The notes beneath the pieces were generated by a model. That model did not search any database. It was given only the letters and a program-made list of their open reading frames with translations, and was not told the DNA's origin. 64,000 nucleotides of DNA, taken from a virus. Each line of letters begins with the position of its first letter. Position 1 is the stretch's first letter. Location of the stretch: positions 2,525-66,524 of IMG/VR virus record IMGVR_UViG_3300033145_000733. One strand, 5' to 3'. Shown here one piece after another: positions 1-8,992 of this stretch. The position numbers were made by a program, and so were the translations under genes.

Positions 1-42
1 TAAACATTACTTGTCACAAGTTTTTAATCACATTAGGTCATA

Positions 43-318
43 TCATTCCTCCTTCTTTTTAGTTGCTTCTCCAAACCAACCTTTAACTATTCTTTCAACT
101 TCAGCCTTTACAGCAGCTTGGTTTTCACCATATATTCCTCTGGAAATTTGAGGTAACGTAATATATCCACGCCAATCATTACTACCGTCTCTGTTTGCAT
201 CGGTTTTTGAACGGGTACTATTCCACTCATAACCACCAACACAAATTCTATTCAGGTATACAGACTCACCCGTTTGATATTTCTCTTTATTCTCAACCCA
301 TATAAAGTGTAATTCCAT
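43..318 (-). CDS. hypothetical phage protein (likely start ATG at 318, possibly leaderless)
   Basis: ORF-track TTG start at 354 lies inside the -35 box of promoter 326-354; the ATG at 318 is 7 nt past TATAAT. Confidence 0.6.
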   Translation of the reverse strand: MELHFIWVENKEKYQTGESVYLNRICVGGYEWNSTRSKTDANRDGSNDWRGYITLPQISRGIYGENQAAVKAEVERIVKGWFGEATKKKEE

Positions 319-325
319 CTTCTCC

Positions 326-354
326 ATTATAACATACTCCGTAATGATTGTCAA
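326..354 (-). promoter_or_regulatory. sigma70-type promoter
   Basis: TTGACA-17 nt-TATAAT with extended -10 TG. Confidence 0.75.
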
Positions 355-366
355 GTCTTTTTGTGG

Positions 367-906
367 CTAATAATGAACATCTGCTGGAACAACATAAAGG
401 TTCTTTTTGGCTAAACCATCATCATTCCACTTGTTTAAAACGTGGTTGAGGTGCTCTGTATTCCTTATTCCCTCACCGTCTTGGTCATAGAGCCACACAC
501 AAGGTCCAGCATCCTGACCAACTTGATTACAACGAAACTTAAACCAGCTTTCTTCAAATAATTGGTCGTCAGTGTGTGTAGTGATGTATTCCTTTATCCT
601 AGTAAGATTGTCAATAAATGACTGCTTGGTGTCTTCCATTGCTTCTTTTATCATGGCATTCATCTGTGTGGTATAACAATGGAAACGTTCATTACATTCA
701 TTACACTTTTCTGTTCCAAAATCACCGCACACCCTCACTGCTTCTGGTAATTCTCCCCAACGCTCAGTTGCAGACCCACCATCAAAAGTATTAAAGTAAT
801 CAAATGGTCTATCATCTCCACATAAGTTCTCTAATACAGTGTGGGCTTCATCTACTGCTTCTTCTTCATCTCCTGCAAATACAAGTATTTTTATTATCAT
901 GTGCAT
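367..906 (-). CDS. hypothetical protein with internal Cys module (CNECNERFHCYT)
   Basis: 179-aa ORF; shared C-x2-C-x2-RF-x-C-YT motif. Confidence 0.75.
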   Translation of the reverse strand: MHMIIKILVFAGDEEEAVDEAHTVLENLCGDDRPFDYFNTFDGGSATERWGELPEAVRVCGDFGTEKCNECNERFHCYTTQMNAMIKEAMEDTKQSFIDNLTRIKEYITTHTDDQLFEESWFKFRCNQVGQDAGPCVWLYDQDGEGIRNTEHLNHVLNKWNDDGLAKKNLYVVPADVHY

Positions 907-915
907 TTAAACCTC

Positions 916-1131
916 TTACCAACCGTAACCACTTACTAATCTGCCCAACGAACCATCAGGTTTCACTCTACGCCATGACCAAAAATTAGATAAACCATAA
1001 GTACCCCAATATTGACCATCAACCACCTTTACTGGATAACCTTTGGGATGCTGGATAACCTCACCTATTTTCATAGAGGATTTTCCCATGTGTTCATTAA
1101 CTAATTCTTTTACCCAATTTTCAATCATCAA
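916..1131 (-). CDS. hypothetical phage protein
   Basis: ORF within a tightly packed operon, overlapping start/stop with neighbour. Confidence 0.6.
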   Translation of the reverse strand: MMIENWVKELVNEHMGKSSMKIGEVIQHPKGYPVKVVDGQYWGTYGLSNFWSWRRVKPDGSLGRLVSGYGW

Positions 1132-1481
1132 CCAACCTCCCCGACAATCATTGGTGGAGTTAAAATAGTAATTATTTCAGCAAGTGCGTGATTTATGATT
1201 TGCGACTGGTGATAACCATAATTAGGTCTAGCTGACTCTTTCCCCTCGCACCACACATATTCAAGTTGCTTCTTAATTAACTCAAGCTCTGGTTTTTGGA
1301 ACTCTACTGGTAGTATCTCAAACTGCCAAGAGAAATATGTCTTTCTGTCTTTATACTCTGTCCCCTCACCATCAAGAAGTATAAATGCGTACCAATCTGG
1401 ATTATGCTCGTAGTGGTCAATAATAGTTCCTATTTTACCATCTATTGTTTTTACTCTTTCACCTATATGGTATTTCATCAA
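1128..1481 (-). CDS. hypothetical protein, N-terminal SH3/KOW-like beta domain
   Basis: YHIGERVKTIDGKIGTI pattern. Confidence 0.55.
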   Translation of the reverse strand: MMKYHIGERVKTIDGKIGTIIDHYEHNPDWYAFILLDGEGTEYKDRKTYFSWQFEILPVEFQKPELELIKKQLEYVWCEGKESARPNYGYHQSQIINHALAEIITILTPPMIVGEVG

Positions 1482-1774
1482 CCAACCTCCACATATTCCA
1501 TCATTAGTTGTAGTGCCTCATCATAGCTTTTACATTGCTGTAATCTAGTTTGAAATTCCTGAACTAAGTAGCAACTTTTTCTCTTTTTCCGTTCAGTGTA
1601 ACATCTAAATTTACAATGACAATCATCACACCTTTCATCAGTCAATTCAGCCTTTTTAAGAGCTATAATGACTAGTCCAGCGAGATTAAAAACATTACCA
1701 TTTTGCTCTGTCAACTTACATTCTGGTTTCATTTCACCTTCTGGTGGATATGGACAATCCTTCCTTGATGCCAT
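1478..1774 (-). CDS. hypothetical protein with inserted Cys module (CDDCHCKFRCYT)
   Basis: GNVFNL...SYDEALQLMMEYVEV scaffold with the motif in the middle. Confidence 0.7.
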   Translation of the reverse strand: MASRKDCPYPPEGEMKPECKLTEQNGNVFNLAGLVIIALKKAELTDERCDDCHCKFRCYTERKKRKSCYLVQEFQTRLQQCKSYDEALQLMMEYVEVG

Positions 1775-2214
1775 ACTCTCGTCTCTATCAAAATTCGCTT
1801 CACGAATTCACACCCAATAATACTAGGAGTAGAACGTACATGATACATGACAACGTAGCCACCTATCTTACATACTCTTGATGCTTCCGCAGTATACTTT
1901 TTGAAATGAAGTTTACCTGTTCCATACAACTCTACTGATAAATCATTACTATATGGTGGGTCAAGCACTACTAAATCAAATTCATTACCAAACGGCAAAT
2001 CATGTGCATCACAAACATAATCAGGTTCAACATCAGGATTTATGTCACACCGTACACCGAATTCCGCTTTGCCCCCAAATGGATGAAGTATTTTATAATC
2101 ATGCTCATTCATACTAAGCAAGTTTAGAAGTTTCCTCTCAAAGTGCAAAGGAAAACTACCTATGTATTTTGATTTACTTGGTCTTGGTAAAACCCACGCC
2201 ACTGTTTCTATCAT
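1729..2214 (-). CDS. small amino-(N6A/N4C) DNA methyltransferase-like protein
   Basis: LHPFGG motif I-like segment and VVLDPPY motif IV. Confidence 0.65.
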   Translation of the reverse strand: MIETVAWVLPRPSKSKYIGSFPLHFERKLLNLLSMNEHDYKILHPFGGKAEFGVRCDINPDVEPDYVCDAHDLPFGNEFDLVVLDPPYSNDLSVELYGTGKLHFKKYTAEASRVCKIGGYVVMYHVRSTPSIIGCEFVKRILIETRVWHQGRIVHIHQKVK

Positions 2215-2288
2215 TTGCTTTATCTTGCTACCTCATATCCTAGTTTTTTCAATTGTTTAATGTTTAATGCAGTTTCAATCACACATGT

Positions 2289-2639
2289 TTACTCATCCCA
2301 ATTAAACGAATATCTGGTATCCCACCTATAATATTTTAAAGATTTGGTTCGTAAATTATGAATAAGTTTTGGGCACAAAACAGTTGCCTTTAATATCACT
2401 TGTCTAATACCAGATTGCTCACCATAACTATCACTAATTATACTAATTTTACATTTTGCTTTCTTACCACATTTAGTACAATACACACTTATTGTGGGAA
2501 TGGGAACATTAAATTGTATCATTGCTAATTTTGCTTTACGTGTTGCAGAAAATTCCACATCTGGCATAGGATTCGTATAACATACAAATCGTTCTACACA
2601 AGTTTTACAAGGATATTTTGGGCAATCTTCTTTTTTCAT
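2289..2639 (-). CDS. hypothetical protein with N-terminal Cys module (CKTCVERFVCYT)
   Basis: motif in translation. Confidence 0.7.
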   Translation of the reverse strand: MKKEDCPKYPCKTCVERFVCYTNPMPDVEFSATRKAKLAMIQFNVPIPTISVYCTKCGKKAKCKISIISDSYGEQSGIRQVILKATVLCPKLIHNLRTKSLKYYRWDTRYSFNWDE

Positions 2640-2833
2640 ACTTTAAATCCTAATGGTTGCTTTTTCTTACTTGCCTTTGGTTTAACAAAAGTTGGTAAAC
2701 CACATTCAGGGCAGAAACCACTCTTCTTGATAAGCTCTCTTGATTTAGTTGATCCATAGTTGAACCATAACATCATTGCCCAACTGACTATTAAAGTTGT
2801 AAAGCTCGCCGTTCCAAATATTATCCAGAACAT
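2636..2833 (-). CDS. small membrane protein with CPEC
   Basis: hydrophobic N-terminus; overlaps neighbour. Confidence 0.5.
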   Translation of the reverse strand: MFWIIFGTASFTTLIVSWAMMLWFNYGSTKSRELIKKSGFCPECGLPTFVKPKASKKKQPLGFKV

Positions 2834-2849
2834 CTACTATCCATTTACC

Positions 2850-3305
2850 TTACCTCTCCGTAAAACAACGAAATCTTGCTTCACATGTGTTACAATTAGA
2901 ACCAAGTTTAAGTTCAGCAGTCCCACCTGCTAAATTTATCCCATCTACCAGTGCCTTTAATCCAGCTTTGGTTAAATCTTTAATTGTGAGTTCTCTGGGA
3001 AAAGACTCAACAAAATCTTTACTTTCTTTTAACCCCCAATATGTTGCTTCCCTTGCTCTTTTGATGGCATTTATTTTGTTAGGTCCAACATCAACAAATT
3101 TAGCCTGACAGTAATCGTTTGGTACGGGTACATCGTTGAATAGAATAATAATATCCAAGTGATGCAAGTTCGCCTCACCATCTCCTACATGTTTAACAAG
3201 AACTGTATCAATGTCAGGTACTTCTTCAGGTGAGGCTATATCATACTCATAGTAAGACCCAACCTGTTTTTTGGTGCTGATTAGTCTAAGTTTTAATAAA
3301 TCCAT
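2850..3305 (-). CDS. ribosomal protein bL12 (L7/L12) C-terminal-domain protein with C-terminal Cys module
   Basis: GPNKINAIKRAREATYWGLKESKDFVES...LAGGTAELK matches the L7/L12 CTD pattern; ends CNTCEARFRCFTER. Confidence 0.8.
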   Translation of the reverse strand: MDLLKLRLISTKKQVGSYYEYDIASPEEVPDIDTVLVKHVGDGEANLHHLDIIILFNDVPVPNDYCQAKFVDVGPNKINAIKRAREATYWGLKESKDFVESFPRELTIKDLTKAGLKALVDGINLAGGTAELKLGSNCNTCEARFRCFTER

Positions 3306-3472
3306 TCATATGTCTCAATTAACTTTTGTTCTAAACTATCATCTTCTCTATAGTAATTATCTCCTGCTGGATAACAATTACCTAACAATTGACACAACCT
3401 CAAATCGGGGTGCTTAGTCCAAATGGCTTCCACCGTTTTTAATATCCTTTGTATCCTTTTAGGGTCTCTCAT
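3293..3472 (-). CDS. hypothetical phage protein (MRDPKRI...DLRLCQL family); likely start near 3470
   Basis: MRDPKRI...W..HPDLRL.QL pattern typical of small phage proteins. Confidence 0.55.
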   Translation of the reverse strand: MRDPKRIQRILKTVEAIWTKHPDLRLCQLLGNCYPAGDNYYREDDSLEQKLIETYEWIY

Positions 3473-3769
3473 TCTATCCCCTTGCTTATATTTTTTTATC
3501 ACACCTATGACATTTTGCTCTGATACCAATTTCAAGATCCGAAAAAATGTTGAAGCCAATTTTTGAAAGTTGCCTTTTACCATCCTTTTAATTCAATCTT
3601 GCCCCTTGCAGAAATTAAAGAGTTATACTTCTCAACATCAACATTATCACATTCCCCAATATGAACCTGATTTACTATGGTGGGAATAGTAAACTCAATC
3701 TCACCGTCCATAACATCTTCAATGCAGCCCTTGCAAAACTGAACAATCTGAAATTTCATTGTTTCTCCT

Positions 3770-4012
3770 TTATAATTTGTGTCTTTTATGCAAATCTTCC
3801 ATCATTTTATCGTGAAATATTCGTCTTAAATTCCATATTTCTTTGCTAACAAGCGTAAAATTGCCAAATTCATCATTTTCCCAATCTCTGCCACTACTCT
3901 TATTACCACAAGTGCATTCTGGTGGTAACATAACTTGCATAGGGAAAAAGCCCCACTCTTTACCACAATCATTACATTTGATTTTAACGTATAAATTTGC
4001 GTCTATTTCCAT
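3770..4012 (-). CDS. Zn-ribbon-like hypothetical protein (possibly leaderless)
   Basis: CNDC...CTC; ATG 6 nt after TATAAT of promoter 4019-4047. Confidence 0.55.
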   Translation of the reverse strand: MEIDANLYVKIKCNDCGKEWGFFPMQVMLPPECTCGNKSSGRDWENDEFGNFTLVSKEIWNLRRIFHDKMMEDLHKRHKL

Positions 4013-4018
4013 TATCTT

Positions 4019-4047
4019 ATTATACCACAAGCCATGATTAAAGTCAA
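4019..4047 (-). promoter_or_regulatory. sigma70-type promoter with GGCTTGTGG spacer
   Basis: TTGACT-17 nt-TATAAT. Confidence 0.75.
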
Positions 4048-4056
4048 GTTAATCTG

Positions 4057-4455
4057 TTACCTATCCTTATAGATACCAGCCTCACGCAACTGGTTTATAT
4101 CAAGCTCTGCCTCACGTGTAGTCCAACAGACAAATCGCATTTTACAACCATCACACTGTTCTGGATAATTCTTGCACAATATGGGAATTTTCTGCCCTTG
4201 TCTCTTGTTATACTGACCATTGCTTTTGGAGCTAGGAGAATGTTCAACTGCTGTAATAATTCGCCCTACCCCATTTAACGTCAAGCCATCTGTCCTCAAA
4301 GCATCAATGTGCTTACAAGTCCTATTTCTGCGTGTATTGAATATCCAACTGGGACAACTACACGAAAATAGCCCACTTTCATCTACTTTGATAGTGTAGT
4401 GTTTATTCGGGTTTGACTTTGATGGGACTTCTGTCATAAAGTTATACTGTTTCAT
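4057..4455 (-). CDS. SWIM zinc-finger protein with C-terminal Cys module
   Basis: CSC-x(n)-CKH SWIM signature; CKNYPEQCDGCKMRFVCWT. Confidence 0.75.
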   Translation of the reverse strand: MKQYNFMTEVPSKSNPNKHYTIKVDESGLFSCSCPSWIFNTRRNRTCKHIDALRTDGLTLNGVGRIITAVEHSPSSKSNGQYNKRQGQKIPILCKNYPEQCDGCKMRFVCWTTREAELDINQLREAGIYKDR

Positions 4456-4667
4456 TTATTCCCCCTTAATAAATGTCCCTTTATTAAATCTATACCTTTG
4501 CTGGAACACTCATCAATATATTCACTATATGGAATACTCAATATTTCGCCTTGCGTAAAACACCTGAACCTAAATGGACACTTCTCACAAGAAATACAAC
4601 AATGCCAAATTTGGCGACATCTATGATAATCTACATCATAATATGTAATGATAAACCTATCATCCAT
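4452..4667 (-). CDS. small protein with Cys module (CEKCPFRFRCFT)
   Basis: motif in translation. Confidence 0.7.
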   Translation of the reverse strand: MDDRFIITYYDVDYHRCRQIWHCCISCEKCPFRFRCFTQGEILSIPYSEYIDECSSKGIDLIKGHLLRGNK

Positions 4668-5517
4668 TCTTTAGGTGTTCCTTGAACATCAAGGCTGTCA
4701 AACGACCTATCTGTTTGTTGGCATCAGGAGACTCCTTAATTTCTCCTTTTGCCTCACGCATTACATCTTCTATCATCAACTCTATTACTTTACCTGTGTT
4801 CTCAATTTTAACTTCAACCCCATCTAATACGTGCTTCAGCCTCTCGTAAGTTACCCACTCATTAGCGATGGCTTTCGCATCCTCTATCATCTTTATTTTC
4901 TCTGGTGAGATAACTTTTCGTGGTGTGGAAGTTTCTCTAAATTCATCTCGCTTGTGTTTTGAAATTACACGACTGCCATTGTTTAGTGTCACTTCCTCTA
5001 ATGGTCTAATAACAATTCCCTCTCGCATATGACCGACACCAACTCCATTCCGTATTGCCTGAACAGAGTCAGCATCACGTTCCGCATCTAATGCCTCAAG
5101 AGTGCATGGTACTTTCTTGTAATGCACAAACTCAAGACCAAGCTCTTTGGTGAACGCCTCAGCTTTGGGAACACTAAGCCACAAATCTCCTATTTTAACT
5201 TCAAAAGATATGAACATGAGACTATCACCATAAGTCTTCCTCATGCCCTGTAATTTACCACCATAAGCTTCACCGTAAACATGAACACTCTTACCTTTTG
5301 GTAGTGCCATATCTTTAAATCGTTTCTTTAAATCTTCTTCATCAAACAAGGTGCAAAACGTTTGGTAATTTGAGCCACCAGCAAATAGCCCAATATTTTT
5401 GTCAGTCTTATATGATATATGTGCTGATGTGCCATGAATTTTTTCCATAGCATAACACTCTTTATACATCAATATTTGCTGGTCTTTGTATAGATTATCA
5501 ATATGTAAATATGCCAT
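4660..5517 (-). CDS. Rnl2-family-like RNA ligase
   Basis: EKIHGTS (motif I), YGEAYG (III), EGIVIR (IV), ISKHK (V). Confidence 0.8.
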   Translation of the reverse strand: MAYLHIDNLYKDQQILMYKECYAMEKIHGTSAHISYKTDKNIGLFAGGSNYQTFCTLFDEEDLKKRFKDMALPKGKSVHVYGEAYGGKLQGMRKTYGDSLMFISFEVKIGDLWLSVPKAEAFTKELGLEFVHYKKVPCTLEALDAERDADSVQAIRNGVGVGHMREGIVIRPLEEVTLNNGSRVISKHKRDEFRETSTPRKVISPEKIKMIEDAKAIANEWVTYERLKHVLDGVEVKIENTGKVIELMIEDVMREAKGEIKESPDANKQIGRLTALMFKEHLKNG

Positions 5518-5693
5518 TATTTTATGTAACCTCTCTATTTAGGTATTCTCTTGCGTAATTTAGTTTCTTAACCATCAACCTGGCATTATCTTCACATTCT
5601 TTATTACCTTCTAAACCACAATCTGCAACCCAATCCCCATTCTCTTTGGCTATACAAATATGTGTACCATCAGGATATTGTTGATATTCTACC

Positions 5694-6068
5694 TTATATA
5701 TCAGCATTTAACTCCCCAATTAAAATTCCGTATCTATCTTCTTTGCTTGAACCCTGATTATATCTGCCACACACCTTACACCTAAATTTAGTGTTGTTTG
5801 CTAATTGGTGATATGTAACCTTAAACATGCTCTGACAATGGGGACACCGCATTATTCTACATTCTTTTAATGTAAAGAAATAAGGTTGTATTGTATGCAA
5901 TTGCTTTGCCGTTGGGTTATCCATAATCAAGATTGACTCTTTTTTAGTTGTATAACACTGAAATCTTATAGGGCAATGGTCACAATCTTCATCACAATAA
6001 CCATCACCAAGTTCTTCACCACCTAGATAATAACTTACTATTCTCACCCGTTCCCACCCGTTAACCAT
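5694..6068 (-). CDS. hypothetical protein with Cys module plus Zn ribbon
   Basis: CDEDCDHCPIRFQCYT; CPHC...CKVC. Confidence 0.7.
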   Translation of the reverse strand: MVNGWERVRIVSYYLGGEELGDGYCDEDCDHCPIRFQCYTTKKESILIMDNPTAKQLHTIQPYFFTLKECRIMRCPHCQSMFKVTYHQLANNTKFRCKVCGRYNQGSSKEDRYGILIGELNADI

Positions 6069-6276
6069 TCAATTTCTCTAATGCCCACAACATTTCTGCA
6101 CCAGTAGCGGGGCGGATTGTAACACTACCCCCATTAAGGAGTTCTATATTGACCTTGCCCCAATCCCATCTTACCTTAGTGTCTATCTCGTAGATTGAGG
6201 ACATCATAGTTTGGCTTTTATCGTAAAAATCGTTACCTATATAAAATAGATTTTTCATACGTTCCTCACACACTGT

Positions 6277-6513
6277 TTATCTGTTTGTGTAACATTTAAA
6301 CCTATGTTGGCAAGCATCACAATCTGGTAGTTCTATCTCGGTACTAAGTTTAACAGGTTCGGCAATTAACGCATTCTTATTGTGTGTTCTCTGATATGCC
6401 TTACCACCAGATATTGCATAACATTTTTTCGTATATGCTTTGGGTAATAAAATCCATGAGGTTTCAAACCCATTACAAACTGGTACTATCCAAACCTCGG
6501 CTATTATCTTCAT
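6277..6513 (-). CDS. small protein ending in Cys module
   Basis: CDACQHRFKCYTNR-stop. Confidence 0.7.
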   Translation of the reverse strand: MKIIAEVWIVPVCNGFETSWILLPKAYTKKCYAISGGKAYQRTHNKNALIAEPVKLSTEIELPDCDACQHRFKCYTNR

Positions 6514-6833
6514 TATCTCTCAGTGAAGCATTTGAACCTGCTCACGCAGTTTTCGCATTCTCCACTATAATGTATGGCATTTTCACAGATTTTCTTGACA
6601 GGGTAGTAAAAATCTGTACTCCACTCAGCAATCAGTTCTTGACTACTCCTTCCGCTACTGCCACCAGTCTTGTAGACACGAACAATATCCTTACCACTAT
6701 CATCATCGTGGTGACATACAACCTTGGCACCCGTATACCACCCTCTTATGTGACCATTGATACCGCTATCTTTTGAACCCATCCTTGTAGCTTCACCACG
6801 ATTACCTTGAACGTCTGCGTAAAAGTGTGCCAT
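6513..6833 (-). CDS. small phage protein with appended Cys module
   Basis: QGNRGEATRMG...TGGS scaffold followed by CENCVSRFKCFTER-stop. Confidence 0.7.
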   Translation of the reverse strand: MAHFYADVQGNRGEATRMGSKDSGINGHIRGWYTGAKVVCHHDDDSGKDIVRVYKTGGSSGRSSQELIAEWSTDFYYPVKKICENAIHYSGECENCVSRFKCFTER

Positions 6834-6882
6834 TTAATCCCCCACAAAAAATCTGTATATGTTCTTGACAATTCTGAGATTT

Positions 6883-7230
6883 CTACCCATGTTTTAATCT
6901 ACTTAGCAAATAATCACTGCCACGCATCATCGGGATAACCTTTGGAGTAGGGGTAATTATACTTACCCCCCAAACATCCACATCCCCACCACATTTCGGA
7001 CACTGAGCAAAGTCAAGCCTTTCACAAAATTCTTCACAAGCTCTAAGCCACTTGCTCTGATTCAGGTCACTAAAATATTCCACAGCCTCCGCAGTGACCC
7101 CAAGTGCTGTAGGTATGCCATCTTGGTCTTTGACCATAAACATTACACCTTCCAGTAACCTATCCCCAAAGGGGTAGCCATCAACAAGTACGTGGTCAAT
7201 TTTTCCACAACTTTCGCACTCTAGTTCCAT
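6883..7230 (-). CDS. Zn-binding hypothetical protein
   Basis: CESC...CPKC. Confidence 0.55.
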   Translation of the reverse strand: MELECESCGKIDHVLVDGYPFGDRLLEGVMFMVKDQDGIPTALGVTAEAVEYFSDLNQSKWLRACEEFCERLDFAQCPKCGGDVDVWGVSIITPTPKVIPMMRGSDYLLSRLKHG

Positions 7231-7421
7231 TACTCTCCTCTTGATTTTATGTACTTATCCCAACATTCGGCACCGACCACATCATCATCATAACCCTTTT
7301 TTGGCTCATGTTCTTCAATGCTTTCACGTGAGTTGTATTCATGCCCACAGACAGCACATTTTTTACCGCTAAGGCTTAAAGCAACTGTCAACCAAAATAA
7401 TGGATGCTCCATATATTACTC

Positions 7422-7865
7422 CTAGTTACTAATTGTTCTTAGAAAGTCGCATGAACTTCCTTTTGGCAGTCTAATTACAAAACTTGTACCATGTTTTACT
7501 AAAAACTCAGCCATACATATATTTTCTTTATAATCTGGAAGCTTTGACGTTATCTCAATTAACTGAGCTAGTTCATCTGCATAAATAATCACTACTCTTT
7601 CAATGGGTACTTGAAGCATACGAATGCTGCCATCATTAACCTTAATCGCAAACATTATTCCCATACCCCCATGAACGCTACCACCCCACCCTAAGAAATT
7701 TCCGCCAGCACTACCTTGTAACATCGGTATTTCTTTCAATGCAACTAAGTCATAGGGTGCTGTACCCCATGCTTTCACAATCTTCTCTTGCACAACCTTC
7801 GTTGCCATACCACAACCACTTAGTAATGTTAAAATCAGCAAAAGTAAAAATAATAATCTCTTCAT
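7422..7865 (-). CDS. putative lipoprotein
   Basis: MKR, hydrophobic stretch, then LSGC lipobox. Confidence 0.7.
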   Translation of the reverse strand: MKRLLFLLLLILTLLSGCGMATKVVQEKIVKAWGTAPYDLVALKEIPMLQGSAGGNFLGWGGSVHGGMGIMFAIKVNDGSIRMLQVPIERVVIIYADELAQLIEITSKLPDYKENICMAEFLVKHGTSFVIRLPKGSSCDFLRTISN

Positions 7866-8008
7866 TTTTTAATTATCACCTAGTAACCCTTTTAACTCTT
7901 CCAACCTTGTCTTATCTTGTGGCGACATGGTGATAGAACCAACCTGTTCTATTACCACAAAATACTTTTGATATATTGCCACCATTTCTCGCAGAATTTC
8001 TTCTTCCA

Positions 8009-8497
8009 TTACCACCACCTTTTTGCTATTTTTTCATTCCTGTGAAATCTTAGTGGGTCACGCACAAACACTCGGCTTTCACTGGGTTTTTCATGTTGTG
8101 ATGTGTAGCATTGAAACCTATCTGGGCAGCTTTCACAGATTGTCAAAACTTCTAAATTAAGTTTTTCTCTTATCTCCGAATGTGATTTGCCCCTACATTC
8201 CTTACAAAGTGGAACAATAAAATTACAAGTATTTACCTCATCAAATGTTAAACGTTCTATCGTGGTGGGGAATAAATTTACACCTTTAACCAAACCACAA
8301 CAAGCACAAAGTACCATCCGTTCACGTTCTCTTTCATTCTTACGGCAAGATGCACATATTGGTTTTATTACAGTTTTGCCATGCTCCACCATTGTATATG
8401 GGCGAACAGTATCATGGACAAAACCACAAATACTACACCAGCCTATCTTGTGCTTAATTGCTTTTTCATTCGTTGGTATTTGTCCCAATAAAGTCAT
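8009..8497 (-). CDS. multi-Cys protein with Cys module (CESCPDRFQCYT)
   Basis: four CxxC pairs plus the shared motif. Confidence 0.7.
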   Translation of the reverse strand: MTLLGQIPTNEKAIKHKIGWCSICGFVHDTVRPYTMVEHGKTVIKPICASCRKNERERERMVLCACCGLVKGVNLFPTTIERLTFDEVNTCNFIVPLCKECRGKSHSEIREKLNLEVLTICESCPDRFQCYTSQHEKPSESRVFVRDPLRFHRNEKIAKRWW

Positions 8498-8986
8498 TTA
8501 ACTTCTCACCTTTGTAGTCAAACATTTGAAACGTTTATCACACTTCATACAAATTTCAGTTTCACCAAGCGGTATTGCCTCAATGGTTACTCTCAAAAAT
8601 TTACCAGTATTGTGCTTTAATATTTCAGTTATATCCTGAAACTTGTTATAGATTATCATTCCGTAATGGCGTGAGTCGTCTTTAGGAAACATTGGACAAC
8701 CAAGATAGTGATATATTTCCATAAGTCTGCCACGTTCATCGCTGTCAACTTCATCTTCATCCTCACCCACAAATCCTTCAATCTCAACAGGAAGCGTGGC
8801 AATAATTTGACTCTCTGCACACAGTTTCTTTATCTTAATTTGTCTTAGTCGTTCTCTAGGTTCTTGAACCAAGTCTACCTGTCCATTTTTTATCGTGCCA
8901 AGTTTTGACAACTCTTTTTCAAGGGCAGTTATTTCAATATGCATTTCGTTAATCAGTTCAATAGCTTTTTGCCTAGTTTCGTTCAT
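8498..8986 (-). CDS. coiled-coil protein ending in Cys module (CMKCDKRFKCLT)
   Basis: motif near C-terminus. Confidence 0.7.
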   Translation of the reverse strand: MNETRQKAIELINEMHIEITALEKELSKLGTIKNGQVDLVQEPRERLRQIKIKKLCAESQIIATLPVEIEGFVGEDEDEVDSDERGRLMEIYHYLGCPMFPKDDSRHYGMIIYNKFQDITEILKHNTGKFLRVTIEAIPLGETEICMKCDKRFKCLTTKVRS

Positions 8987-8992
8987 TTAGGT

